A DNA stretch of 40,042 nt, from assembly GCF_004010195.1 (NCBI RefSeq), contig NC_057757.1, positions 5,900,693 to 5,940,734 of the forward strand, written 5' to 3'. The translations under genes were made by a program, and so were the position numbers. The DNA is from Chiloscyllium plagiosum (lineage: Eukaryota). The first letter of the stretch is position 1. Each line of letters starts with the position of its first letter. The notes under the pieces are model-generated. The model searched no databases. It was not told the origin of the DNA and saw only the letters and a list, made by a program, of their open reading frames with translations. This document shows, one piece after another, positions 11,256 to 23,029 of the stretch.

Positions 11256-12990
11256 TAGAACGTAGGAAAGTAGAGCACAGTACAGCCCCTTCAGCCCACA
11301 ATCTTGGGTTGAGCATTTATCATAATGTAAGATCAAACCCCAAACCTACACACCCCTCAGTTTACTGCCGTCCATGTGATTGTCCAGCAGTCACTCAAAT
11401 GTCCCTCATGTCTCTGACTCTACTGCCACTGCTGACAGTGCATTCCTCACACCCACGACCCACTGTGTAAAAACCGACCTCTGACATCTCCCCTATACCT
11501 TAAAATTATGATCCCACGTGACAGCCATTTCTGCCCTGGGGAAAAGTCTCTGACTGTCTACTCTATCTACGCCTCTCATTACCTTGTACACCTCTATCAA
11601 GTCACCTCTCTTCCTCCTCCTCTCCTGTGTGGAAAGCCCCAGCTCACTCAACCTCTCTTCATAAGACAAGCCCTCCAATCCAGGCAGCATCCTGGTAAAT
11701 CTCCTCTGCACCCTCTCTAAAGCATCTACATCCTTCTGACAATTAGGCAGCTAGAACAAGACACAATATTCCAAGTGTGGTCTAACCAGGGTTTTATAGA
11801 GCTGCAGCAAAACCTTGTGCCTCTTAAACTCAATCCCCCTGTTAATGAAAGCTAAAACACCATACGCCTTCTTAACAATCCTATCAACTTGGGTAGCAAC
11901 TTTGAGGGGTCTATGGACGTGGACCCCAAGACCCCACTGTTCCTTCACACTGCCAAGAATCCTGCCTTTAACCCTGTATTCAGCATTCAAATTCCATCTT
12001 CCAAAATGAATCACTTCGCATTTATCCAGGTTGAACTCCATCTGCCACTTCTCAGCCCAGCTCTGCATCCTGTCCATGTCTTGTTGTAGCCTACAACTGC
12101 CCTCTACACTATATCTACGACACCACCCACCTTTGTATCATCGGCAAACTTACTAACTCACCCCTCCACGTCTTCATCCAAGTCATTTATAAAAACTACA
12201 GAAAGCAGCGAGAGGCCCAAGAACAGATCCCTGCAGGACACCACTGGTCACTGGGCTCCAGACAGAATCCTTCCCATCCACTACCACTCACTACTCTTTC
12301 AGCCAGCCAATTCTGTATCCAGACAGCCACATTTCCCTGTATCCCATACCTCCGAACTTTCTGAATGAGCCTAACGTGGGGAACCTTATCAAAGGCCCTA
12401 CTGAAATCCATATACACCACATCCATTGCTCAACCTTCATCAATTTGTCTCGTCACATCCTCAAATAAAACTCAATAAGGCTTGTGAGGCATGAGCTACC
12501 CCTCACAAAGCCACGCTGACTATCTGTCAGAATCCTTTCCGGGATCTTGCTTACGACAGATATAAGACTAACTGGTCTGTAATTCCCAGGGATTTCCCTA
12601 TTCCCTTTCTTGAACAGAGGAACAACATTCACCTCCCACCAATTATCTGGTACTACTCTGTTGGAGAGTGAGGATGCAAAGATCAGGGGTGGTACATGTG
12701 TGGAATGAGCTGCCAGAGGACGTGGTGGAGGCTGGTACAATTGCAATATTTAAAAGGCATCTGGATGGGTGTATGAATAGGAAGGGTTTGGAGGGATATG
12801 GGCCGGGTGGTGGGAAGTGGGACTAGATTGGGTTGGGATATCTGGTCAGCATGGACGGGTTGGGCGGAAGGGTCTGTTTCCGTGCTGTACATCTCTATGA
12901 CTCTATGACCTCGAGGCGCAGCAATGTCATTCCTCACTTCCTGTTGTAACCTGGGATATATCTGTCCCTGGGGACATCCACCTTCTTAAT
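11256..12990 (-). mobile_element. CR1 LINE ORF2 (RT) pseudogene
   Basis: NVVPLFKKG..PGNYRPVSLISV, DVVYMDFSRAFDKVPH, WAEKWQMEFNLDKCEVIHFG, LVRPHLEYCV and RGDLIEVYK. Confidence 0.95.
12685..12910 (+). mobile_element. CR1 3' fragment nested in the opposite orientation
   Basis: Similar to 3955-4166, ending ctctatgactctatgac. Confidence 0.9.
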
Positions 12991-13244
12991 AGCAATCTGG
13001 TCAAGCCTACTAACCTGGTCCACGGTGTTCTCATGGTCAACAAGGTCCCTCTCGTAGCCACAGTATTTATATGGCTAGTCCAGGTCAGCTTCTGGTCAAT
13101 GATAACCCCCCCAGGATATGGTGATGGTAATGCCTTTGAACGTCAAGGGGCGATAGATTCTCTTTTGTTGAAGATGACCAATGCAGACTCCTCATTACTT
13201 GAAATCTTTTATAAAATCTCTTCTTGCCCTCCTCCACTAATTGC

Positions 13245-13640
13245 AGAGAGAAAAGGCTTGTCTTATGAAGAGAAATTGCGCAGTTTTTAGCCCTAAATTG
13301 GATGAAGTTGAGAAGAATCTGAGACCTAATTGTGGGACATAAGACGCTAAAGGGTATTTACAAAGTAGACGTGGTGAGGATGATTTCTTAGAGAGCTCAT
13401 AGTTTAAGGATAAGGGGTGGTAGATTTAACACAGAGATGGGGAGGAGCCATTTCTCTCAAATGGTTGTGTCGGTGTGGTATTCACAACCCTAGAGTGTGG
13501 TGGACGCTGAATATATTTAGGGGGAGAGAGATTTATAATTCGTAACAGATTGAAGAGTTGAGGAGAGTGGGCAGGAAGCTGAGGGCGAGATGATCAGATT
13601 TGAGGGCCTACTCCTGTTTCGAGCTGTTATGCTCCCCTCT
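13245..13640 (+). mobile_element. Old CR1 3' fragment
   Basis: KGLSYEEKL and decayed DLI..K..KG and FFSQ..V..W motifs, with a ggcctactcctg tail. Confidence 0.65.
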
Positions 13641-13817
13641 GAGGAAGAAATCACCCGGCTTTTACTCGGTAGGAAGGGGGAGCTTTGCCGTATTTTGTGC
13701 CAGGGAATGCTGCTTACAAGCAATATTTCAAATGCTTTGCTGTTCAATAGAGAGAGCCTATAGAATTGGCATTAAATATGAAAGGTGTTATATAAACACA
13801 AGCTATTCACCCCACGC

Positions 13818-14172
13818 GGAGGGGGGGAGGGTAGGTCAGAGGATCTCCTCGGGGGTCTGCTCCTGGGCCTGGCCAAACTGGCCATCAACAGGTCCAGGCA
13901 GCGGGCCGTGGAGGGGGTCGTTAGGGCCGACTGCCTGCCCCTCTTCCGCGGTTACGTTAGGGCCCGGGTGTCCTTGGAGAAGGAGCACGCGGCGTCCACC
14001 AACACCCTGGAGTTGTTCAGGGAGAGGTGGGCGCCGCAGGGAGTGGAGTGCATTATTTCCCCCTCCAACTCTATTTTGATTTAGTCCCTGCCCTCCCCTT
14101 CACTGCTTGACCATGCAGATGAGAAGGGCACAGCTTGTCACTGGGTACTTGGATGTTTCCTTTCTTTACAAA
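13818..14172 (+). mobile_element. Tx1-clade LINE 3' end
   Basis: LLLGLAKLAINRSRQRAVEG..FRGYVRARVSLEKEH..LELFRERWAP is a Tx1-like ORF2 C-terminus. A second copy lies at 22640-22920. Confidence 0.75.
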
Positions 14173-14332
14173 AACACATGCGGTTGCTGTAGAAGCTATC
14201 TGTCAGTGCACAGTCAGTGCCTTGCAGCTCTGGGGAAAGGTGTCGGGGACTAATGGGTGAATTCCTTCTTTATGCCTTTTCACCCAGTGAACTCTGATCA
14301 GATAAACATCATCCATGTCCAAATTTCAATAA

Positions 14333-14958
14333 GCAGATGGAGTTTAATTCCGATAAATGCGAGGTGCTGCATTTTGGGAAAGCAAATCTTAGCAGGATTT
14401 ATACACTTAATGGTAAGGTCCTAGGGANNNNNNNNNNNNNNNNNNNNNNNNNNNNNNNNNNNNNNNNNNNNNNNNNNNNNNNNNNNNNNNNNNNNNNNNN
14501 NNNNNNNNNNNNNNNNNNNNNNNNNNNNNNNNNNNNNNNNNNNNNNNNNNNNNNNNNNNNNNNNNNNNNNNNNNNNNNNNNNNNNNNNNNNNNNNNNNNN
14601 NNNNNNNNNNNNNNNNNNNNNNNNNNNNNNNNNNNNNNNNNNNNNNNNNNNNNNNNNNNNNNNNNNNNNNNNNNNNNNNNNNNNNNNNNNNNNNNNNNNN
14701 NNNNNNNNNNNNNNNNNNNNNNNNNNNNNNNNNNNNNNNNNNNNNNGGAATGAGCTGCCAGAGGAAGTGGTGGAGGCTGGTACAATTGCAACATTTAAGA
14801 GGCATTTGGATGGGTATATGAATAGGAAGGATTTGGAGGGATATGGGCCGGGTGGTGGGAAGTGGGACTAGATTGGGTTGGGATATCTGGTCGGCATGGA
14901 CGGGTTGGACCGAAGGGTCTGTTTCCGTGCTGTACATCTCTATGACTCTATGACTCTC
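14333..14958 (+). mobile_element. CR1 LINE 3' portion spanning an N gap
   Basis: MEFNSDKCEVLHFGKAN before the gap and a CR1 tail after it. Confidence 0.9.
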
Positions 14959-14959
14959 G

Positions 14960-15270
14960 ATGAAGAACCTGAGGGAACTGGATAGGGTGCCAACTGAGAG
15001 GGTCTCAGATGGGGACACAGTTTAAAAATAGGCGATTGCAAAATTAAGATCGAAATTAAGAGAACTTCTTTTCTTCCCAGAGGCTCATGCGTTTCTGGAA
15101 CTTTCTTCCTCTGCGTGAAAAAGTTGCCCCTTGGGTCTCTTTTATACCTTTCCCCTCTCACCCTAAACCTATGCAGAGAGCAGTTGAGGTCAGGTCACTA
15201 CATCTTTTGAAGGCAGTAGTGGTAGTTTCTTCACAGAGAGAATAACAGAGTCAAAGGTTATCGAGATACA
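14960..15270 (+). mobile_element. Old CR1 3' fragment containing a short inverted young CR1 piece (~15105-15173)
   Basis: Decayed GH.LKI..RRTSF..QR...WN.LP pattern. The inverted piece encodes RGERYKRDPRGNFFTQR on the minus strand. Confidence 0.55.
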
Positions 15271-15315
15271 ATGTAAAATATTTGTTTGATCTACATTTAG
15301 ATATAATGTATTCAT

Positions 15316-17372
15316 GTTATCTACTTTTTATTGCAATTATTTTAGATTTTGGATTTGAGCATAATGGCATCTGTGTCTGAAGGGGTTTAATGATTAACTT
15401 GTCGGTATTTCTGAAATCACGGCCATTGATTTTATAACAGTCTGAGAGAGAGTTCCTGGAGGCTCATGGGAATTTGTTTACATCAGGAGGTTTTCACAAT
15501 GATCAAAGTTAACAATTGTGCATTAAGTTTTCAGTTTAGAAGGTCAGGGGGATTTTCTTCTTTTGATGAGTTCGGTTTGAGTTTAGAGCTTTGGAGAAGC
15601 CATGGCTGAAGTTAGATGCTTAAAAATGTTGCTGCTGAGAACAAAAATAGTTTAGGAATATTAAGAAATAGTTTCATTTTAAAGGCTTCTGATTGGAAGT
15701 GAATCGGAAGGGGTTATTTGAAGCTGAGAAAGTCTAAGCTCAATTATTTGACGAATCAGGGAAGAGGCTCAAGACTGGGAATTGAAACTGTTAAATGAAG
15801 CCTGATAGACCTGAAATAGTAATGAATTCTCTCTGGAGTGAGTACTGCAGATACTGAGAGAGCTGAAGAAACTCAACAAGCCTGGCAGCATCGCTGGAGA
15901 GAAAAGACTAACAATTCGAGTCATTGAGTTATACAGCACAGAAACAGATCCTTCGGTGCAATTCATCCATGGCGACTAGACATCCCGATCCGACCTCGTC
16001 CCATTTGCCAGCATTTGGCCCGTATTCCTCTAAACCCTTCATATTCATCCACCTATCCTGTTAAATGTTGTAATTGTACCAGCCTCCATCACCTCCTCTG
16101 GCTGCTCATCCCATACGGGCAACACCCTCTACATGATCAAGTTACCCCTTGGATCCTTTTTAAATCTTTCCCCTCTCACCTTAAACCTCTAGCTTTGGAC
16201 TTCCACACTGTAGGAAGACGACATTGGCTATTCACCCTATGTATACCTCTCGTGACTTTTTTATGAAACTCTATAAGGTCACCCCTCAGTTTCTAACATG
16301 CCTGTTCAGCCTCTCCCTATAGCTCAAATCCTGGCACCATCCTTGTAAATGTTTTCTACACCCTCTCAGGTTTAATGATGTCTTTCCTATAGATGGGTGA
16401 CCAGAATTGTATGCAGTACTGTAAAAGCAGTCTCACCAATGTTCTGTACAGCAACGTGATGTCCCAATTCCTATACTCAACGTCCTGACAAATGAAGATA
16501 AGCCGGCCAAATGCCTTCTTCACCAAGCTGTCCACCTGTGACTCCACTTTCAAAGAACTAGGCCCCTGCACCCCTAGGTCTCTTTGTTCAGCAGCACTCC
16601 CCTTGATCCTACATTGACTATATAAGTCCTGCCCTGGTTTGCCTTACCAAAATGCAACACCTCACATTTATCTATATTAAACTCCCATCAGCCTCTGCTT
16701 GGCCCGTTGGCCCATCTGATCAAGATCCTGCTGTACTCTGAGGTGATCTTCTTCACCATCCACGACACCATCTACTTTGGTGTCACCTGCAAACCCACTA
16801 CCCGTACCTCCTATGTTCACATCCAACTCATTTACGTAAATGACAAAAAGCAGTGGACCCAGCACCGATCCTTGTGGCACTCCACTGGTCGCAGGCCTCC
16901 AGTCTGAAAAGCAACCCTCCACCACCACCCTCTGTCTTGTAACTTCAAGTCAATTTTGTATCCAATTGGCAAGTTCTCCTGTATCCCATGTGATCTAACC
17001 TTACTAATCAGTCAACCATCTGAGACCTGATTGATTGCTTTCCGAAGTCCACATCAATGTCAACCACTCTGCCTTCGTCACCTTTGACCCTTTCTATTGT
17101 AGGGTTAGTGGTCTCATCCTATAAAGGAGGGTCTGTATTTTACCATGTATTTCAAGATCTTTTTTGTTTTATTTTGGATTTATTCTGTTTTAAATTAATT
17201 TCTTTCGCATGATAAGCCTCTGTTTTACTGTTAAAACCAGTTATGCAGAATAGCATGCTTGCGTCTTTGTGAGAGACCACCTTGTTAAAGCAAAACAAAA
17301 ACAAAATATGATCTCCGAAGCTAGGTCTCTAGAATCTGACTTGCCCAGTAAGATCATCAGCTCGGATCTGAA
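15316..17372 (+). mobile_element. Possible solo LTR split by later insertions
   Basis: AT-rich non-coding block starting TGTTA and ending gaatctgacttgcccagtaagatcatcagctcggatc. It appears to split an old CR1 tail. No TSD or terminal CA is seen. Confidence 0.35.
15917..17085 (-). mobile_element. CR1 LINE ORF2 3' portion
   Basis: [41 protein letters not shown] and LYRTLVRLLLQYCIQFWSP. Confidence 0.95.
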
Positions 17373-17729
17373 GAGGGGTTGGTGGGAATCTGCAGCTGAT
17401 GGAGGACAATCGTGATTGTACGGAGTGACAGAGACCTCTTGAGGGGCCAAATGACCTACTCCTGCTCCTAACTTGTATGTTCATAGTCTGCTTAATGTAT
17501 TTCCAAATAAGGATGGTGAGTGGTTTGGAGAGGAACTTTAAAAAAGTGGTGTTCTCATGCATCTACCACCTTTGTCCTTCGAATTATGGGTTTGGAAGAT
17601 GCTGTGAGAGGAACCTTAGTGCAGTCTATCTTGTAGGCAGTAACTGTAAGTACTTTGTGTATTAACAGGAAATGGCCTCCCCTATTGGTTGCAAACACCA
17701 CTGTTAGTCGGTTTTGGAACATTCTTCCA

Positions 17730-20040
17730 CCACAGAGGCCTACAGCACGGAGACCCACCCTTAGGCCCAAACTACCCCAGGTTGACCAAATTGTCTGTTC
17801 ATGCTAACCCCATTTCCCTGCACTTGGCTTATATCCTTCTAATCCTTTCCTATCCAAGTATTTGTCCAAATGCTTTTTGAATGTTGTTAATGTACCCGCC
17901 TCAACCACTTCCGCTGGCAGCTCACTCCATATGTGTACCACTCTCTGTGTAAAAAAGTTGCCCCTCAAGTTCTTTTTTATTCTTTCCCCTCTAACCTTAA
18001 ACTAAGGCCCTCTGGTCCTCAATTCCCCAATGCTGAGAAAAAGACTGAGTGCAATCCTCTCCTGCTCCTCGGATGCTGCCTGACCTGCTGTGCTTTTCCA
18101 GCACCGCACTTTCGAGACAGACTCTTTGGCCCAAACTACCCCATGTTGACCAAATTGTCTGTTCATGCTAACCCCATTTCCCTGCACTTGGCTTATATCC
18201 TTCTAATCCTTTCCTATCCAAGTATTTGTCCAAATGCTTTTTGAATGTTGACTTCCGCTGGCAGCTCACTCCATATGTGTACCGCTCTCTGTGTAAAAAA
18301 GTTGCCCCTCAAGTTCTTTTTTATTCTTTCCCCTCTAACCTTAAACTAAGGCCCTCTGGTCCTCAATTCCCCAATGCTGAGAAAAAGACTGAGTGCAATC
18401 ACCCGATCTATGCCTCTCTTATACACCTCTATAAGGTCCCCCCTCAGTCTCCTACACTCTAATGAATAAAGTCCCAGCATGTCCAACATCTCTCTGTAAC
18501 TCAGACCATTGAGTCCTGGCAACATCCTTGTAAATTTCTTCCTCACTCTTTGCAGTTTAGTAACATCCTTCCTATAACAAGGTGACCAAAACTGAACGCA
18601 ATACTCTGAGTGCGGCCTCACCAACGTCCTGTATAACTACAATGTAACTTGCCACCTTCTCTACTCAGTGCCCTGACTGATGAAGGCCAGTGTGCCAAAA
18701 GCCTTCTTCATTGCCATGTCCACATGTGACTCCACTTTGAGAGAACTGTGAACCCCCACCCAGTTCCACTACACTCCTTAAGGCCCTACCTTGATTTGAC
18801 TTTCCAAAATGCAAGACCTCATACTTACCCATCTTAAACTCCATTTACCATTTCTCAGCTCACTATTCAGCTGATCAAGGCCCTGCTGTAATTTCTGACA
18901 ACCTCCCTCACTGTCCACGATACGGCCTATTTCAGTGTTATCAGCAAACTTGCTAATCATTGCACTGTACATTCTCATCCAAATCATTGATATAGATAAC
19001 AAACAATAACAGGCCCATCACTGACCCCTGAGGCACTCCACTAGTCACAGGCCTCCAGTCCGAGAAGCATCCTTCCATTATTAACCTCTGCTTCCTACCA
19101 TTAAGCCAATTGTGTAACCAGTTTGCCAGCTCACCCTGGATTCCATGAGATTTAATCTTCCAGAGCAGCCTACCATGTGGAACCTTATCAAAGGCCTTAC
19201 TGAAGTCCATATAGACTATGTCTACCGCTCTGCCCTCATCAACCTTTCTGGTCACTTCATCAAAGAACTCTTAACAAATTTGTGAGAGAGGATCTCCCAC
19301 TCATAAAGCCATGCTGATTATTCTTAATCAAACCCTGTCTTTCCAAATGTATGTATATCTTATCCCTCAGAATCTTCTCAAATAACTTGCCCACCATAGA
19401 TGTTAAGCTTACTGTTCTACAGTTCTCAGGCTTTTGTTTGCACCCTGCTTGAATAAGGGCACAACATTCACTACCCTCTAGTCATCCGGGACCTCACCTG
19501 TAGCTAACAATGATGCAAAAATATCAGCCAGGGCCCCCCGCAATTTCTTCCCTAGCCTCTTGCAGTATTCTTAGATATAACTGGCCAGGACCAGGAGATT
19601 TATCCGCCATCGTATATTCTAATACACCCAACACCTCCTCCACTGTGATATGGATTGTCCCCAAGATATCACCACTAACTTTCCCAAATCGTCATGTTTT
19701 TGTCCACGGTAAACCCAGAGGAGAAATACTCATTGAGAACCTCGCCATCTCCTGCGGTTCTACACATATATGTCCACTTTGGTACTTAAGGGACCCTATT
19801 CTCTTTCTAATAATTCTTTTTCCTTTAATACGCTTAAAGTACCTCTTTGGATTCACCCTAATCTTCTCTATTCTCGTGCCCCCTTTAGGCCCCTCCTGGT
19901 TTCCTTCCCCCAGTAAACTCCTGGATTCCCTGTCGACCTCCTGGCCGCCTGGACCTGAGCGGCGCCTCCTTTGCCTCGGGTCGAAGCCTCAATATCCCTT
20001 GCCATCCACGGTTCCCTGTTTCTGCCAACCTTGCCCGAAG
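17730..20040 (-). mobile_element. CR1 LINE ORF2 pseudogene
   Basis: [40 protein letters not shown] and VRPHSEYCVQFWSP. Confidence 0.93.
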
Positions 20041-20269
20041 TCACGTGTACACACACCCTTGATTCATTGGTAGAGGCATTTGCCTTGGCAGCAGCAGAGG
20101 TCAAAGGTATTCAGGGACCGCCTCCCTTCCCCCAGCGAACCACAGGGCTGCAACCAAGGTCACATGACGGCAACGGGGCTAAGAGGCCAAAACTTGACCA
20201 TGAAACCCAACAGGTAGGCCAGGCAAGCATGAAAAACGTAGACCACGCGCTCTGTTTTGAATGCAGCTC

Positions 20270-22286
20270 AGTGTGTGAAGCTGCTAGTTTATTTTAACAT
20301 CACACATTACGGGTAGGCTTGTAAAAAAAATAAATACATTCCGAATAAATATATAGATTCTTTTAAAAAAAAGGCTGACCCTGCGGGTGATGCAATTGAC
20401 ATCTCGTCAAGACTTCTAAGAGGGGTTGAGAGAGAAAGAGAGAGAGAGAGAGAGAGACCCTGTGAGGTATAACAACAGAATCATTCCAGACTTCATTGTC
20501 CAAAGGCTGATTAATAAGGAGCCCCAGCCCTCTGCCGAAAATCGACCTCAAACAAGGGTGCGGTTAATGCCACGCCCTGCTCTTGAATTGTCCTGGGCTT
20601 AACTGACACGAGCAGGATCGCAGTCTTGTGTGTGCACAAACCACCCACAAACCCAGCCACCCTGCGGATGGAGAAGGTTTCATTCTGAAAACACGGTTTT
20701 CCAGTGGTTTGGGGCGGGTTTGGGTTTCGGGATGGGCCAAACCTTTGCTCCCTCTTTTGATGGGCTGGAGAAAGAGTTATGGGAGAAACCAGGTATAAGG
20801 GAGAAAATAATCTTTGTCAGGCTTCTGTGGAAAGGAGAAGGGGTAGGGACAAATTGTATAGCTCTTTGAAAGGGTTAGCACAGACACAAGGGGTCTCACA
20901 TCCTGCATCTATCAGATGCTGTTGAAATCTTTATTGCTTGACTATATCATACCATGGGGAGAACGAGGGCAGCGGGATTAGTTTAGGATTGATGTAGGGC
21001 CAGGGGGAGAGAGCACAGGGCAGCGAGAATCATTTGAAATTGATACAGGTTATGGGGAGAGAGTGGGATCAGTCTGGGATTGACATGGGGCTACGGGGAT
21101 GGGATTGGGTGAGAGGGATTGACGTGGGGGTTGCGCCGATTCGGATGGTTCTGGGGGGGGGAAGAAAAGTCCCAGCGTGGACAAGATGGGCTGAATGGCC
21201 TGTGGTGCGCTTTCTGAATTCGTTAACGTGGAATAAAAACTGCTGGTAATTTGTGACGCGAAGGGTGTGTCCAGCTTTGCCCAAGGGATCACCAGGGCGG
21301 GGGGGGGAACCAATCCTGTCCCAAAATGGACTTCCCAGGGTGAGGAATGGTCGAAAGAAGTCCTGGAGCATTGAGTAGGAGATAGGATTGAGCAGATTCC
21401 AAGTATAAAAGGGGAAAATAATCTTCGTCAGGCTTATGTGAAAAGGAGAAGGGGAGGAGACAATTTGAGCGGTTTCCAATGCTGGATGGAGTTGGTTGTT
21501 TTGGATAGATCAATAGATTGGCAAGGGGACATGAAGTTCAAATTAGCGCCAGAGCCCATTCAAATAAAGGGCAGTGGGCAACTAAATCCCCTTCCCCCCC
21601 CCAATAAATCGGGGGGGGGGGGGTGTCCACTGGATATTTGACCTATCCACGAGGTTTAGCTTTTTGTAGGAGCAGGATTACAGAGATAAGGCAGGCAGAT
21701 CTGGTTCAACCATAATGGAACTGGACGGCGCCAAGCTGGAGGGGCTGAATGGCCTCCTCCTGAACGGGGGGCGTGGGATAAAGGAATGCTTGATCCCGGG
21801 AATGCTGGAGGCCAGACCCCACCCCCACCCCAGAGCCAAACCGGCTGATGTTCTAGGAGTGGAGGGGATGGGCTGTGAGGATGAGGGGAGTTGGGGAGTT
21901 GAGTGGCTTCCTCCAGCAAGGTTGGGGGGGGGGGGGTGGTTACCTGATACCTGACTGCCCTATCCCCACCCTCACCCCCACACCGCTTCCCTCCAAACCC
22001 CCCCTCAACCTCGCATGTATTCCCCATTCCCCATCTGACATCCCTCCTGGCGATATGGCCGCCTGCGAGGGTTAGGCCAGGCCCCTGCCTGTACATTGAG
22101 GGTACCCCGTGGAGACTGAGTGCTGCTTCCACCGCCCACAGGCGCTCCCTGCCGTGCCCAGCCCCCCCCCTTCCCCCCGTACACCCCCCAAATGCCTCAC
22201 AAATGCCCGTAATGTGCCACCCCCCCCGCCCCCTTCCCAGCCCTCCTAACCCTCCCGTGTCTCCCGTGACACCTCCACCCAGCGGA
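20270..22286 (-). other. Probable 3'UTR of FGF11-like gene
   Basis: Follows the stop codon and ends in an AU-rich block (tatttattcggaatgtatttatttttt) followed by AATAAA on the minus strand. Confidence 0.5.
20288..20293 (-). terminator. Candidate polyadenylation signal AATAAA
   Basis: tttatt on the plus strand, with an upstream U-rich element and a downstream GT/T-rich stretch (gtggtctacgtttttc) in transcript orientation. An alternative AATAAA lies at 20930-20935. Confidence 0.5.
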
Positions 22287-22420
22287 CTACGTGTTGGTCT
22301 GTGGGGGCTGTCCCTTCCCGTTGCCCACGGTGACCGGCTCATCGCCTGCTTTAGAGACCTTCTTGACGTCAGGGAGTTCGTCCACCAGTTCGTGCAGAGA
22401 TGGCTCCCGATACAACGCAG
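22287..22420 (-). CDS. FGF11: Last coding exon of the FGF11-like gene
   Basis: Strong polypyrimidine tract and acceptor (ctctcttgcctttgtcttgcag). The phase matches the upstream exon (G+CT = Ala). Translates (A)ALYREPSLHELVDELPDVKKVSKAGDEPVTVGNGKGQPPQTNT*, and YREPSLH is the conserved FHF C-terminal motif. Confidence 0.88.
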
Positions 22421-22639
22421 CTGCAAGACAAAGGCAAGAGAGGGGGGGGGAAAACAGTCAGACTCCGGTAACAACAATCTGCATTGACATAGCCCCTTTG
22501 GTAGAGTCAAATTTAGTGCAGCGATTGTAACAAGATCCATCAGGTGAACCTCATAGAATATGAGTTCCCTAATTGGGGCTGTTAACCTGGTCCAATCAGG
22601 GAGCCCTGGCTGACAGAAACAGACAGGACAGTATTGTCT

Positions 22640-22925
22640 GTCCCCCTCTGCGGTTACGTTAGGGCCCGGGTATCGCTGGAGAAGGAGGACGTGGTGTCCA
22701 CCAACACCCTGGAGTTGTTCAGGGAGAGGTGGGCGCCGCAGGGAGTGGAGTGCATTATTTCCCCCTCCAACTCTATTTTAAGTTAATCCCTGCCCTCCCC
22801 TTCACTGTTTGATCACACAGCATTGCCTTTTGATGTGAAGGGCACTGCTTGTCACTGGCCACTCGGGTGTTTCCTTTCTTCCTGGTGGTGGAAACTGAAT
22901 AAAGATTCGTGCCCCTTGTGTCTCT
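22640..22925 (+). mobile_element. Tx1-clade LINE 3' end
   Basis: Highly similar to 13945-14165 and ends aataaagatt beside a (TC)/(CA) microsatellite. Confidence 0.75.
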
Positions 22926-23029
22926 CACTGTGTCTCTCACACACACAACATGGGTGCTGGGGAAACATAAGCACTACCGCAGTTAGAGGGTAGTGTGGGG
23001 AGAGAGGGGAAAGAAACAAGAGAAAAACA

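Noticed and set aside
20092..20213. Possible plus-strand exon (…GNGAKRPKLDHETQQ, then gtaggc) with an NLS-like motif
   Set aside because: The acceptor is weak, there are no partner exons, and I recognise no homology.
21656..22540. 294-aa minus-strand ORF
   Set aside because: It is a low-complexity G/P-rich reading in a different frame from the real FGF11 last exon that it overlaps.
22526..22635. Possible LTR 5' fragment starting TGTAAC with a CCAAT box
   Set aside because: There is no matching 3' end, PBS or TSD, so it cannot be supported.
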